DNA of 64,000 nucleotides from NCBI GenBank assembly GCA_009914755.4, contig CP086569.2, forward strand, positions 10,528,001 through 10,592,000. The letters are read 5' to 3'. Position numbers and translations under genes: made by a program. Below the pieces are notes generated by a model that had not been told where the DNA came from, did not search any database, and saw only the letters and a list, made by a program, of their open reading frames with translations. How positions within the stretch are numbered: position 1 is the stretch's first letter; every line of letters begins with the position of its first letter. This document shows positions 25,201 to 40,600 of the stretch, piece after piece. This stretch comes from the human T2T-CHM13v2.0 reference genome, Homo sapiens.

Positions 25201-27553
25201 GATACTTTCTTTTCCACCGTAGTTCTCTAAGCATTCCAAATATCCACTTGCAGATTCTGTAAAAAGAGTGTTTCAAAACTGCTCAATCAAAACAAAGGTT
25301 CACCTCTGTGAGATGAAGGCACACATCACAAAGAAGTTTCTCAAAATGCTTCTGTGTAGTTTTTATGTGAAGATATTTCTTTTTCCACAATAGGCCTCGA
25401 AGTGTTACAAATATTCACTTGGAGATTCTACAAAAGCAGTGTTTCCAACTGTTAAATCAAAAGAAAATTTCAACTCTGTGAGATGAATGCACACATCACA
25501 AAGTAGTTTCTGAGACTGCTTCTGTGTAGTTTTTCTGTGAAGGCATTTCCTTTTCCATGATAGGCCTCAAGGCACATGTAGATTCTACAAAAAGAGTGTT
25601 TCAAAACTGCTCAATCTAATGAAAGTTTCAACTCTGTGAGATGAATGTCAACAACACAAAGACATTTCTCAGTATGCTTCTGTGTAGTTTTCATAGTAAG
25701 ATGTTTCCTTTCCCACCATCAGCCACAAAGGTCTCCTAATATCCACTTGCAGATTCTACCAAAAGGGAGATTCAAAACTGCTCAATCAAAAAAATCTCAA
25801 CGCTGTGAGATGAATGCATACATCACAAAGAAGTTTCTCAGAATGCTTCTGTTAATTTTTATGTGAAGGTATTTGTTTTTCCACCATAGGACTCAAAATG
25901 CTCCAAATACCCACTTGCATATTCTACAAAAAGAGTGTCTCGAAACTGCTCAAACAAAAGAAAGGTTCATCTCTGTGAGATGAATACGCACATCAGAAGA
26001 AGATTCTCAGAATGCTTCTGTGTGGCTTTTATGTGGAGATACCTCCTTTCCCACACTAGTCCTCAAAGCACTCCAAATATCCAACTGGAGATTCTACAAA
26101 AAGAGTGTTTCAAAACTGCTCGATAGAGAGAGAAGTTCAACTCTGTGAGATGAATGCACACAGTGCAATGTAGTTTCTCAGAATGTTTCTGTGTAGTTTT
26201 TATGTGAAGATATTTGTTTTCCACAATAGGCTTCAAAGCACTTCAAATATCCACTTGCAGATTCCATAAAAAGCGTGTTTCAAGTCTTCTCTCAATCAGA
26301 AGAAATATTCAAGTCTGTGAGATGAATGCACACATCCAAAGAAGTTTCTCAGAACGCTTCTGTGTAGTTTTTATGTGAAGATATTTTCTTTTCTACAATA
26401 GGCTTCAAAGTGCTCCAAATATCCACTGGCATAGTACACAAAAAGAGTGTTTCAAAATTGTTCAATCAAAAGAAAGTTTCAACTATGTGAGATGAACACA
26501 CAAATCACAAAGAAGTTTCTCAGAATGCTTCTGTGTAGTTACTATGTGAAGATATTTTCTTTTTCACCACAGGCCTCAAAGTGTTTCAAATATCCACTTG
26601 GAGATTCCACAAAAAGCGTTTTTCAAGTCTGCTCAATCAGAAGAAATATTCAAGTCTGTGACATTAATTCACACTCACAAAGAAGTTTCTCAGACTGCTT
26701 CTGTGTAGTTTTTATGTGAAGATATTTTCTTTTCCACCATAGGCCTCAAAGAGTTCCAAATACCCACTTGCATATTTTACAAAAAGAGTGTTTCAAAACT
26801 GCTCAAATGAAAGTCTCAACGCTGTCAGATGAATGTACACATCAGAAAGAAATTTATCAGAATGATTCTGTGTTGTTTTTATGTGACAATATTTCCTTTT
26901 CCACCTTAAGCTGCAAAGGGCTCTAAATACACACTTCCAGATTCTACAAAAAGAGAGTTTCAAAACTATCAAAAGTTAGTTTCAACTATGTGAATTGAAT
27001 GCACACATCACAAAGTTGTTTCTCAGAATGCTTCTCTGTAGTTTTTATGTGAAGATATTTCCTTTTCCAAAATAGGCTGCAAAGGGCTCCAATTATCCAC
27101 TTGCAGATTCTACAAAAAGAGAGTTCAACTCTGCTATATCAAAGTTATGTTCAACTCTGTGAGATGAACGCACACATCACAAAGGAGATTCTCAGAATGC
27201 TTCTGTGTAGTTCTTAGGTGAAGATATTTCCTTTTCCACCATAGGCCTCACAGCGCTCCAAATATCCACTTGCAGATTCTACAAAAAGGGATTTTCAAAA
27301 CTATTCAATCAAAAGAAAGGTTCAACTCTGTCAGTTGAATGCACATATCACAAACAAGTTTCTTGGAATGCTTCTGTGTAGTTTTTATATGAAGATACTT
27401 CCTTTTCCACCATAGGCCTCAAAGTCTTCCTAATATCCACTTGCAGATTCTACAAAAAGATTGTTTCAAAACTGCTCAATCAAACGTAAGTTTCAACTCT
27501 GTGAGATGAAAGCCCACATCACAAAGAAATTTCGCAGAATGCAACTGTGTAGT
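13254..27553. repeat. Alpha satellite, divergent monomeric, orientation A (~84 monomers).
   Basis: Continuous ~171-bp periodicity. From ~15000 onward many monomers carry 'ttccttttccaccataggcc' and alternate between the types '…ctgctcaatcaaaagaaaggttcaactctgtgagatgaatg…' and '…ctgctctatcaaaagataggttcaactctgtgagttgaatg…'. Confidence 0.96.
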
Positions 27554-28945
27554 TTTTTAATTTTATTTTATTATTATTATTCTTTAAGTTTTAGGGTACA
27601 CGTGCACAATGTGGTTTGGTTACATATGTATACATGTGCCATGCATGTGTGCTGCATCCATTAACTCGTCATTTAGCATTAGGTATATCTCCTAAAGCTT
27701 ATCCCTCCCCTCTCCAACCACCCCACAACAGTCCCCAGAGTGTGATGTTCCCCTTCCTGTGTCCATGTGTTCTTATTGTTCAATACCCACCAATGAGTGA
27801 GAATATGTGGTGTTTGGTTTACTGTTCTTGTGATTGTTTACTGAGAATGGTGATTTCCAATTTCATCCATGTCCCTACAAAGTACATGAACTCATCCTTT
27901 TTGATGGCTGCATAGTATTCCATCGTGTATATGTGTCACATTTTCTTACTCCAGTCTATCATTGTTGGACATTTGGGTTGGTTCCAGGTCTTTGCTATTG
28001 TGAATAATGCCACAAAAAACATATGTGTGCATGTTTCTTTATAGCAGCATGATTTATAGTCCTTTGGGTATATACCCAGTAATGGGATGGCTGGGTCAAA
28101 TGGTATTTCTAGTTCTAGATCCCAGAGGAATCACCACACTGACTTCCACAATGGTTGAACAAGTTTACAGTCCCACCAACAGTGTAAAAGTGCTCCTATT
28201 TCTCCACCTCCTCTCCAGCACCTGTTGCTTCCTGACATTTTAATGATTGTCATACTAACTGGTGTGAGATAGTATCTCCTTGTGGTTTTGATTTGCATTT
28301 CTCTGATGGCCAGAGATGGTGAGCATTTTTTCATGTGTTTTTTGGCTGCATAAATGTCTTCTTTTGAGAAGTGTCTGTTCATGCCCTTTGCGGTCTTTTT
28401 CATGGGGTTGTTTTATTTTTCTTGTAAATTTGTTTGAGTTCATTGTAGATTCTGGATATTAGCCCTTTGTCAGATGAGTAGGTTGTGAAAATTTTCTCCC
28501 ATTCTGTAGGTTGCCTCTTCATTCTGATGGTAGTTTCTTTTGCTGTGCAGAAGCTCTTTAGCTTAAAGAGATCCCACTTGTCAGTTTTGGCGTTTGTTGC
28601 CATTGCTTTTGGTGTTTTAGACATGAAGTCCTTGCCCATACCCATGTCCTGAATGGTAAGGCCTAGGTTTTCTTCTAGGCTTTTTATGGTTTTATGTCTG
28701 ACGTTTAAGTCTTTAATCCTCTTGAATTAATTTTTGTATAAGGTGTAAGGAAGGGATCCAGTTTCAGCTTTCTACATATGGCTAGCCAGTTTTCCCAGCA
28801 ACATTTCTTAAATAGGGAATCCTTCCCCGTTGCTTGTTTTTCTCAGGTTTGTCAAAGATCAGATAGCTGTAGATATGCGGCATTATTTCTGAGGGCCCTG
28901 TTCTGTTCCATTCATCAATACCTCTGTTTTGGTACTAGTGCCATG
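27554..28945 (-). mobile_element. LINE-1 (L1PA-type) 5'-truncated insertion, minus strand: ORF2 C-terminal part + 3'UTR + poly(A) (seen as poly(T) on the plus strand). Flanked by a ~13-bp TSD.
   Basis: Plus strand starts 'ttttttaattttattttattattattattctttaagttttagggtacacgtgcac', the reverse complement of the L1 3'UTR. Minus ORFs 28131-28403 and 28400-28645 translate to the ORF2 C-terminus. The element ends in the ORF2 'WYWYQNR' region (~28945). TSD 'ctgtgtagttttt' appears at ~27545-27557 and ~28948-28960. Confidence 0.92.
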
Positions 28946-29644
28946 CTTCTGTGTAGTTTTTCTGTGAGGATATTACCTTTTCCACCTTAGGCCACAAACG
29001 GCTCTAAATATCAACTTGGAAGATGCTACAAAGAGAGAGTTTCAAAACTGCTCTATCAAAAGATAGGTTCAACTCTGAGAGTTTAATGCAAACATCACAA
29101 AGAAGTTCCTCAGAATGCTTCTGTGAAGTTTTTATGTGAAGATATTTCCTTTCCCAACATAGGCTTCAATGTGCTCCAAATATCCACTCGCAGATTCTAC
29201 AAAAAGAGTGTTTCCAAACTGCTCAATCAAAAGAAAGGTTCAACTCTGTGACATCAATGCACAAATCACAATGAAGTTTCTCACAATGCTTCTGTGTAGT
29301 TTTTATCTAAAGATATTTCCTTTTCCACGATAGGCCGCAAAGTACTCCAAATATCCACTTGCAAATTCTACAAAAAGAGTGTTTCATAATTGCTCAATCA
29401 AATGAAAGGTTAAATTCTGTGAGATGAATGCACACATCATAAAGAGGTTTCTCAGAATGCTTTTGTATTGTTTTCATGTGAAGATGTTTCCTTTTCTACC
29501 ATAGGCCGCAAAGGGCTCCAAATATCCACTTACAGATTCTACAAAAAGAGAGTTTCAAAACTGCTCTATCAAAAGGTAGGTTCAACACTGTGAGTTGAAT
29601 ACACACATCACAAAGTACTTTCTCAGAATGCTTCTGTGTAGTTT
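28946..29644. repeat. Alpha satellite, ~4 monomers, orientation A, between two L1 copies.
   Basis: Four 171-bp units with the standard motif. Confidence 0.95.
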
Positions 29645-29869
29645 CTTCTTTTATTTATTATTATTATGCTTTATGCTTTAGCATACATGTGCACAATGAG
29701 CACGTTAGTTACATATGTATACATGTGCCATGCTGGTGTGCTGCACCCACTAACTCGTCATCTAGCAATAGGTATATCTCCCAGTGCTATTCCTCCCCCC
29801 TCCCCCCACCCCACAACAGTCTCCAGAGTGTGGTGTTCCCCTTCCTGTGTCCGTGTGTTCTCATTGTTC

Positions 29870-32721
<2,852 letters not shown>

Positions 32722-33560
32722 ATCTCTCAGCTTTTGATTGTGTGTAAACTATTTTATTTCTCCTTCACTTATGAAGCTTAGTTTGGCTGGATATGAAATT
32801 CTGGGTTGAAAATTCTTTTCTTTAAGAATGTTGAATATTGGCCCTCACTCTCTTCTGGCTTTTACAGTTTCTGCTGAGAGATCCACTGTTAGTCTGATGG
32901 GCTTCCCTTTGAGGGTAACCCGACCTTTCTCTCTGGCTGCCCTTAACATTTTTTCCTTCATTTCAACTTTGGTGAATCTGACAATTATGTGTCTTGGAGT
33001 TACTCTTCTCGAGGAGTATCTTTGTGGTGTTCTCTGTATTTCCTGTATCTGAATGTTGGCCTGCCTTGTTGGATTGGGGAAGTTCTCCTGGTTAATATTC
33101 TGCAGAGTGTTTTCCAACTTGGTTCCATTCTCCCCGTCACTTTCAGGTACACCAATCAGATGTAGATTTGGTCTTTTCACATAGTCCTATATTTCTTGGA
33201 GGCTTTGCTCATTTCTTTTTATTCTTTTTTCTCTAAACTTCCCTTCTCACTTCATTTCATTCATTTCATCTTCCATCACTGATACCCTTTCTTCCAGTTG
33301 ATCACATCAGTTCCTGAGGCTTTCTAGTTATACATTCTTCTAATTTTTTTTTTCAAAGTTTTAAATTATTTGTCTTCGGTTTGAAAGTCCTCCCATAGCT
33401 CGGAGTAATTTGATCATCTGAAGCCTTCTTCTCTCAGCTTGTCAAAGTCATTCTCCATCCAGCTTTGTTCAATTGCTGGTGAGGAACTGTGATCCTTTGG
33501 AGGAGGAGAGGCACTCTGCTTTTTAGAGTTTCCAGTTTTTCTGCTCTGTTTTTTCCCCAT
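32722..33560 (-). pseudogene. L1 ORF1 remnant. The start codon is present at ~33560. It carries a premature stop, an apparent ~80-bp deletion in the coiled-coil region, and a C-terminus truncated by the internal deletion.
   Basis: Reverse complement from 33560: 'atggggaaaaaacagagcagaaaaactggaaactctaaaaagcagagtgcctctcctcctccaaagg…' = MGKKQSRKTGNSKKQSASPPPK…. 'ggcttcagatgatcaaat' introduces a stop. 'gaatgtataactagaa|agcctcaggaactgatgtgatcaactggaagaaagg' skips ~80 bp of the consensus. ORF1 reads through …WGPIFNILKEKNFQPRISYPAKLSFISEGEIK.FT… and then runs directly into ORF2 …[11 protein letters not shown]… at ~32722. Confidence 0.8.
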
Positions 33561-34597
33561 CTTTTTGGTTTTATCTACTTTTGGTCTGTGATGATGGTGA
33601 TGTACAGATGGGTTTTTGGTGTGGATGTCCTTTCTGTTTGTTAGTTTTCCTTCTAACAGTCAGGACCCTCAGCTGCAGGTCTGTTGGAGTTTGCTAGAGG
33701 TCCACTCCATACCCAGTTGGCCTGGGTATCAGCAGCAGTGGCTGGAGAATAGTGGATATTCATGAACCGCGAATGCTGTTGTCTGATCGTTCCTCTGGAA
33801 GTTTTGTCTCAGAGGAGTACTCAGCCGTGTGAGGTGTCAGTGTGCCCCTAACTGAGGGGTGCCTCCCAGTTAGGCTGCTTGTGGGTCAGGGGTCAGGGGC
33901 CCACTTGAGGAGGCAGTCTGCCTGTTCTCAGATGTCCAGCTGCATGCTGGGAGAACCATTGATCTCTTCAAAGCTGTCAGACAGGTACATTTAAGTCTGC
34001 AGAGGTTACTGCTGTCTTTCTGTTTGTCTGTGCCCTGCCCCGAGAGGTGTAGCCTACAGAGGCAGGCAGGCCTCCTTGAGCTGTGGTGGGCTCCACCCAG
34101 TTCGAATTTAGCAGCTGCTTTGTTTACCTAAACAAGCCTGGGCAATGTTGGTCTCCCCTCCACCAGCCTCGCTGCTGCCTCGCATTTTTATCTCAGACTG
34201 CTGTGCTAGCAATCAGCGAGACTCCATGGTCATAGGATGCTCTGAGCCATGTGTGGGATATAATCTCCTGGTGCACCGTCTTTTAAGCCCACCGGAAAAG
34301 TGCAGTATTCGGGCGGGAGTGACCCCATTTTCCAGGTGCCGTCTGTCACCCCTTTCTTTGACTAGAAAAGGGAACTCCCTGAACCCTTGCACTTCCCAAG
34401 TGAGGCAATGCCTTGCCCTGCTTCGGCTCGTGCATGGTTCATGCACCCACTGACCTGCACCCACTGTCTGGCACTCCCTGGTCAGAGGAACCCGGTACTG
34501 CAGATGGAAATGCAGAAATCACCCATCTTCTGTGATGCTCATGCTGGGAGCTGTAGACTGGAGCTGTTCCTACTTGGCCATCTTGGCTCTGCCCCCC
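33561..34597 (-). promoter_or_regulatory. L1 5'UTR (internal sense promoter region) with a YY1-type 'CAAGATGGCC' motif at the extreme 5' end. The antisense-promoter/ORF0 region lies on the plus strand.
   Basis: The sequence is collinear with the L1PA 5'UTR up to the canonical 5' terminus. 'ggccatcttgg' sits at ~34577-34587. Function is not assessable from sequence alone. Confidence 0.7.
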
Positions 34598-37500
34598 TAC
34601 TTCTGTGCAGTTTTTAGGTGAAGATATTTATTTTTCCACCAGAGGCCTAAAAGCACTCCCAATATCCATTTTCATATTCTACAAAATGATTGTTTCAAAA
34701 CTGCTAAATCAAAATAAATTTCAACTCTGTGAGATGAACGCACACATCACAAGGAATTTCTCACAAAGCTTATGTGTAGTTTTTACATGGAGATACTTCC
34801 TTTTTCATAACAGTCCTCAAAGCACTCTGAATATCCACCTGCAGGTTCTAAAAGTAGAGGATTTCAAAGCTGCTCAATCAAAAGAGAGGTTCAGCTCTGT
34901 GAGAAGAATGCACACCTCACAAATAAGTTTCTCAGAGTGCTTCTGTATAGTTTTTATGTGAAAATATTTCCTATTCCACAATAGGTCTCAAAGAGCTTCA
35001 ATTATCCACTTGCAGATACCATAAAACGAGTGTTCCAAAACTGCTCAATCAAAAGAAATGTTCAATTCTGTGAGATGAATGCACACATCACAAAGAAGTT
35101 TCTCAGAATGCTTCTGTGTAGTTCTTATGTGAAGATATTTTCTTTTCAAAATAGTCTGCAAAATGCTCCAAATATCCACTTGCAGATTCTACAAAAAGAG
35201 AGACTCAAAACTGGTCAATCAAAAGATAGGTTCAACTCTGTGACATGAAGGCACACAAAGAAGTTTCTCAGAATCATTCTGTGTAGTTTTTAAGTGAAGA
35301 TATTTCCTGTTCCACAGTAAGCCTCAAATCGCTCCAAATATCCACTTGCAGATCCTACAAAAAGAGTGTTTCAAAAAAGCTCAATCAAATGAAAGGCTCA
35401 ACTCTGTCAGATTAACGCACACATCATAAAGGAATTTCTCAGAATGCTTCTGTGTAGTTTTTATGTGAAGATATTTCCATTTCCACATTTGGCGGCAAAG
35501 GGCTCCAAATATCCACTGACGGATTCTACAAAAAGAGAGTTTCAAAATTACTCTATCAAAAGATAGGTTCAGCTATGTGATTTGAATGCACACAGCACAA
35601 AGAAATTTCTCAGAATGCTTCTGGGTAATTTTTATGTGAAGATATTTCCATTTCCACCATAGGCAGCAAAGGGCTCCAGATATCCACTTGCAGATTCTAC
35701 AAAAAGACAGTTTCAAAACTACTCTATCAAAAGATAGGTTCAACTCTGTGATATGAAGGCACACAGCACAAAGAAGTTTCTCAGAATGCTTCTGTGTAGT
35801 TTTTATGTGAAGATATTTCCTTTTCCACCACAGGCCTCAAAGCGCTCCAAATATCCACTTGCAGATTCTACAAAAAGAGTGCTTCCAAACTGCTCAATCA
35901 AAAGAAATGTTCAACTCTGTGAGAGGAATGCACACATCACCAAGTAGTTTCTCAGAATGCTTCTGTCTAGTTTTTATGTGAAGATACTTCCTTTTCCACA
36001 ATAGGCCTCAAAGGGCTTCAAATATATACTTGCAGATTCTATAAGCAGAGTGTTTCAAAACTCCTGAATTAAAAGAAAGGTTCAACCCTGTGAGATGAAT
36101 GCACACATCACAAAGGAGTTTCTCAGAATACTTCTGTGTAGTTTTTATGTGAAGATATTCCCTTTTCCACCATATGCCACAAAGGGTTCCAACTATCCCA
36201 TTGCAAATTCTAAAAAAAGAAAGACTCAAAACTGCTCAATCAAAAGATAGGTTGAACACGGTGAGTTGAATGCACATATCACAAAGAAATTTGTCAGAAT
36301 GCATTTGTGTAGTATTTATGTGAAAACAATTCCTTTTCCACCATAGGCCTCAAAATGCTTCAAATACCCACCAGCAGATCCTATAAAAAGTTTGTCTCAA
36401 AACTGCTCAATCAAAAGAAAGTTTCAAAACTTTGAGGTGAATGCACACATCACAAAGAAGTTTCTGAGAATGCTTCTGTGTAGTATTTATGGGAAGATAT
36501 TTCCTTTTCCACAGTAGCCCTAAATGTGCTCCGAATATCCAATTGCAGATTCTACTAAAATATTGTTTCAAAACTAATCAATCAAAAGAAAGGTTCAACT
36601 CTGTGAGATTAATGCACACATCACAAAGAAGTTTGTCAGAGTGTTTCTGTGTAGTTTTCCTGTGAAGATATTTCCTTTTCTGCCATACACCTCAAAGCAC
36701 TCCAAATATCCACTTGCAGATTCTACAAAAAGAGACTTTGAAAACTGCTCAATCAAAAGAAACGTTCAACACTGTGAGATGAATGCACACACCACAAAGC
36801 AGTTTCTCAGAATGCTTCTGTGTAGTTTTTATGTGAAGATATTTCCTTTTCCTCAGTAAGCCTCAAAGCGCTCCAAATATCCACTAGTAGATTATACAAA
36901 AATAGTATTTCCAAATGGCTCAATCAAAAGAGAAGATCAATTTTGTGAGATTAATGCACACATCACAAAGAAGTTTCTCAGGATACTTCTGTGTAGATTT
37001 TTTGTGAAGGTATTTCCTTTTCCATCATAGGCCTAAAAGCGGTCCAAAACAGCCACGTGCAGATTCTAAAAAAGAGTGTTTCAAAACTACTCAATGAAAT
37101 GAAAGGCTCAAATAGATTAGCTGAACGCACACATCACAAAGAAGTATATCAGAAGGCTTCTGTGTAGTTTTTATGTGAAGATATTTCCTTTTCCACCACA
37201 GGCCACAATGGGCTACAAATATCCACTTACAGATTCTACAAAAAGAGAGTTTCAAAACTGCTCTATCAATAGATAGGTTCAACTCTGTGAGTTGAATGCA
37301 CATATCACAAAGTAGTTTCTCAGAATGTTTCTGTGTAGTTTTCCTGTGAAGATATTTCCTTTTCCGCCATACATCTCAAAGCACTCCAAATATCCACTTG
37401 CAGATTCTACAAAAAGAGACTTTGAAAACTGCTCAATCAAAAGAAATGTTCAACACTGTGAGATGAATGCACACAACACAAAGCAGTTTCTCAGAATGCT

Positions 37501-37654
37501 TCTGTGTAGTTTTTATGTGATGACATTTCCTTTTCCACCAAAGGCCTCAAAGCGCTCCAAATATCCACGTGCAGATTCAACAAAAATAGTTTTTCCAATC
37601 TGCTCAACCATTAGAACGGTTCAACTTTGTGAGATGAATGCACACATCACAAAG
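34598..37654. repeat. Alpha satellite, divergent monomeric, orientation A: a transition zone before the HOR array.
   Basis: 171-bp periodicity with pairwise monomer divergence in the tens of percent. A local ~684-bp duplication (36641 vs 37325) lies within it. Confidence 0.95.
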
Positions 37655-40600
37655 AAGTTTCTCAGAATGCTTCTGTGTAGTTTTTATGTGAAGATATTTC
37701 CTTTTCCACAACAGCGTGCAAAACGCTTCAAATATGCCCTTAGAGATTCCACAAAAAGAGTGTTTCCAAACTACTCAAATCAAAAAATGATTTCAACTCT
37801 GTGAGATGAATGCACACATCACAAACTAGTTTCTCAGAATGTTTCTGCCTGGTTCTCATGCGAAGATAGTTCCTTTTTCACCATAGGCCGCAATGTACTC
37901 CAAATATCCACCTGCAGATTCTACAAAAGTGAGTTTCAAAACTGCTCTATCAAAAGATCAGTTCGTCTCTGTGAGTTGAATGCATACATCAAAAAGAAGC
38001 TTCTCAAAATGCTTCTGTGTGGTTTTTCGGTGAAGATAGTTCTTTTTCTACCATAGGTCTCAAACCACTCCAAATATCCACTTGTAGATTCTATAAAAAG
38101 GAATGTTCAAAATTGCTCAATAAAAATAAAGTTTCAACACCGTGAGATGAGTGCACAAATCACAAAGGAGTTTCTCAAAATGCTTCTGGGTAGTTTTTCT
38201 GTGAAGATAGTTCCTTTTCTACCATGGGCCACAAAGGGCTCCAAATACCCACTTGCAGATTCTACAAAAAGAGAGTTTCACAACTGCTCTATCAAACAAT
38301 ATGTTCAACTTTGTGGGTTGAACACAAATATCACAAGAATTTTCTCCCAATGCTTCTGTGTAGTTTTTATGTGAAGACATTTCTTTTCCCTCCATAGTCC
38401 ACAAAGTGCTCCAAATATCCACTTACATATTCTAGAAAAAGATTGCTTGGAAACTGCACAATGAAAAGAAAGGTTCAAATATATGAGATGAATGCACACA
38501 TCACAAAGAAGTTTCTCAGAATCTCTCTGTGTAATTTTTATGTGAAGATATTTCCTTTCCCACCTTAGGTCTTAAAACGCTCCAAATATCCACTTGCAGA
38601 TACTACAAGAAGATTGTTTCAAAACTGCACAAAAAAAGAAATGTTCAATTCTGTTTGATGAATGCACACATCACAAAGAAGTTTCTCAGAATGCTTCTCT
38701 GTAGTTTTTATGTGAAGATATTTCCTTTTCCACAATAGGCCTCAAAGGGCTCCAAATATCCACTTCCAGATTCTATGAAAAGAATATTTCCAAACTGCTC
38801 AATCATAGGAAATGTTCAACTCTGTGAGATGAATGCACACATCACAAGAAATTTCTCAGAATCCTTCAGTGTAGGTTTTATGAGAAGATAATTCCTTTTC
38901 CACAATAGTTCTCAAAGCACTCAAAATATCCACTTGCAGATTCTACAAAAGGAGTATTTCAAAACTGCTCAATCAAAAGAAAGGTTCAACTCTGTGAGAT
39001 GAATGGACACATCACAAAGAAGTTTCTCAGAATGCTTCTGTGTAGTATTTTTGTGAAGATATTTCTTTTCCACCATAGACCGCCAGGGGACACAAATATC
39101 CACTTTCAGATTCTACAACAAGAGAGGTTCAAAACTACTCGATCAAGAGATGGTTTCAACTATGTGAGTTGAATGCACACATCACAAAGAACTATGTCGG
39201 AATTCTTCTGTGTAGTTTTTATGTGAAGATATTTCCTTTTCCACAATAGACGTCAAAGTGATCCAGATATCCACTTGCAGATTCCACAAAAAGAGTGTTT
39301 CAAAAGTGCACAACCAAAAGAAAGGTTCAACTAGGTGAGATGAATGCACACATCAGAAGGAAGTTTCTCAGAATGCTTCTGCATAGCTTTTAAGGGAAGA
39401 TACTTCCTTTTCCAACATAGGCCTCAAAGCACTCCAAATATCCTCCTGGAGATACCACAAAAAGAGTGTTTGCAAACTGCTCAATCAAAAGAAAGATTTA
39501 ACTCTGTGAGATGAATCCACACATGACAAAGAAGTTTCTCAGAATGCTTCTGTGTAGTTTTTATGTGAAGATATTTCCTTTTCCACAATAAGACCCAAAA
39601 GGCTCCAAATATTCACTTGCAGATTCTAAAAAAAACAGTGTTTCAAAACTGCTCAATCAAAAGATAGTTCAACTCTGTGAGAAGAATGCTCACATCACTG
39701 AGAAGTTTCTCAGAATGCTTCTGTGTAGTTTTTATATGAAGATATTTCCTTTCCCACCGTAGGCCACAAAAGGCTCCAAATATCCACTTGCAGATACTAT
39801 GAAAAGAGAGTTTCAAAACTGCTCATTCAAAAGATAGGTTCAACTCTGTGGTTTGAATGCACACAGCACAAAGAAGTTTCACAGAATGTGTCTGTGTAGT
39901 TTTTATGTGCGGATGTTTCCTTTTCCACCATATGCCTAAATATTTCCCAATTTCCACTTGCAGATTCTACAAGAAGAGTGTTTCAAAACTGCTGTATCAA
40001 ATAAAGTTGAACTCTGTGAGGTGAATGCACACAGCACAAAATGGTTTCTCAGAATGCTTCCTTGTTGTTTTTATATGAAGATGTTTCCTTTTCAACAATA
40101 GGCCTCAAAGTGCTTCAAATGTCCACTTGCAGATTCTACAAAAAGAGTGTTTCAAAACTGCTCAATCAAAAGAAAGGTTCGACTCTGGGAAATTAATGCA
40201 CACATCACAAAGAAGTTTCTCAGCTTCTGTGTAGTTTTCATGTGAAGTTATTTCCTTTTCCACAATAGGCCGCAAAGGGCTCCAAATATCAACTTACAGA
40301 TTCTAGGAAAAGAGAGTTTCAAAACTGCTCTACGAAAAGATAGGTTGAACTCTGTGAGATGAATGCACACATCACAAAGAAGTTTCTCAGAATGCATCTG
40401 TGTAGTTTTTACGGGAAGATATTTCCTTTTCCACCATCTTCCACAAAGGTCTCCAAGTAACCACTTGCAGATTCTACAGAAAGACACTTTAAAAACTGCT
40501 CTATCAAAAGATCAGTTCAAGTCTGTGGTTTGAATGCACACATCACAAAGAATTTTCTCAGAATGCTTCTGTGTAGTTTTCATATGAAGATATTTTCTTT

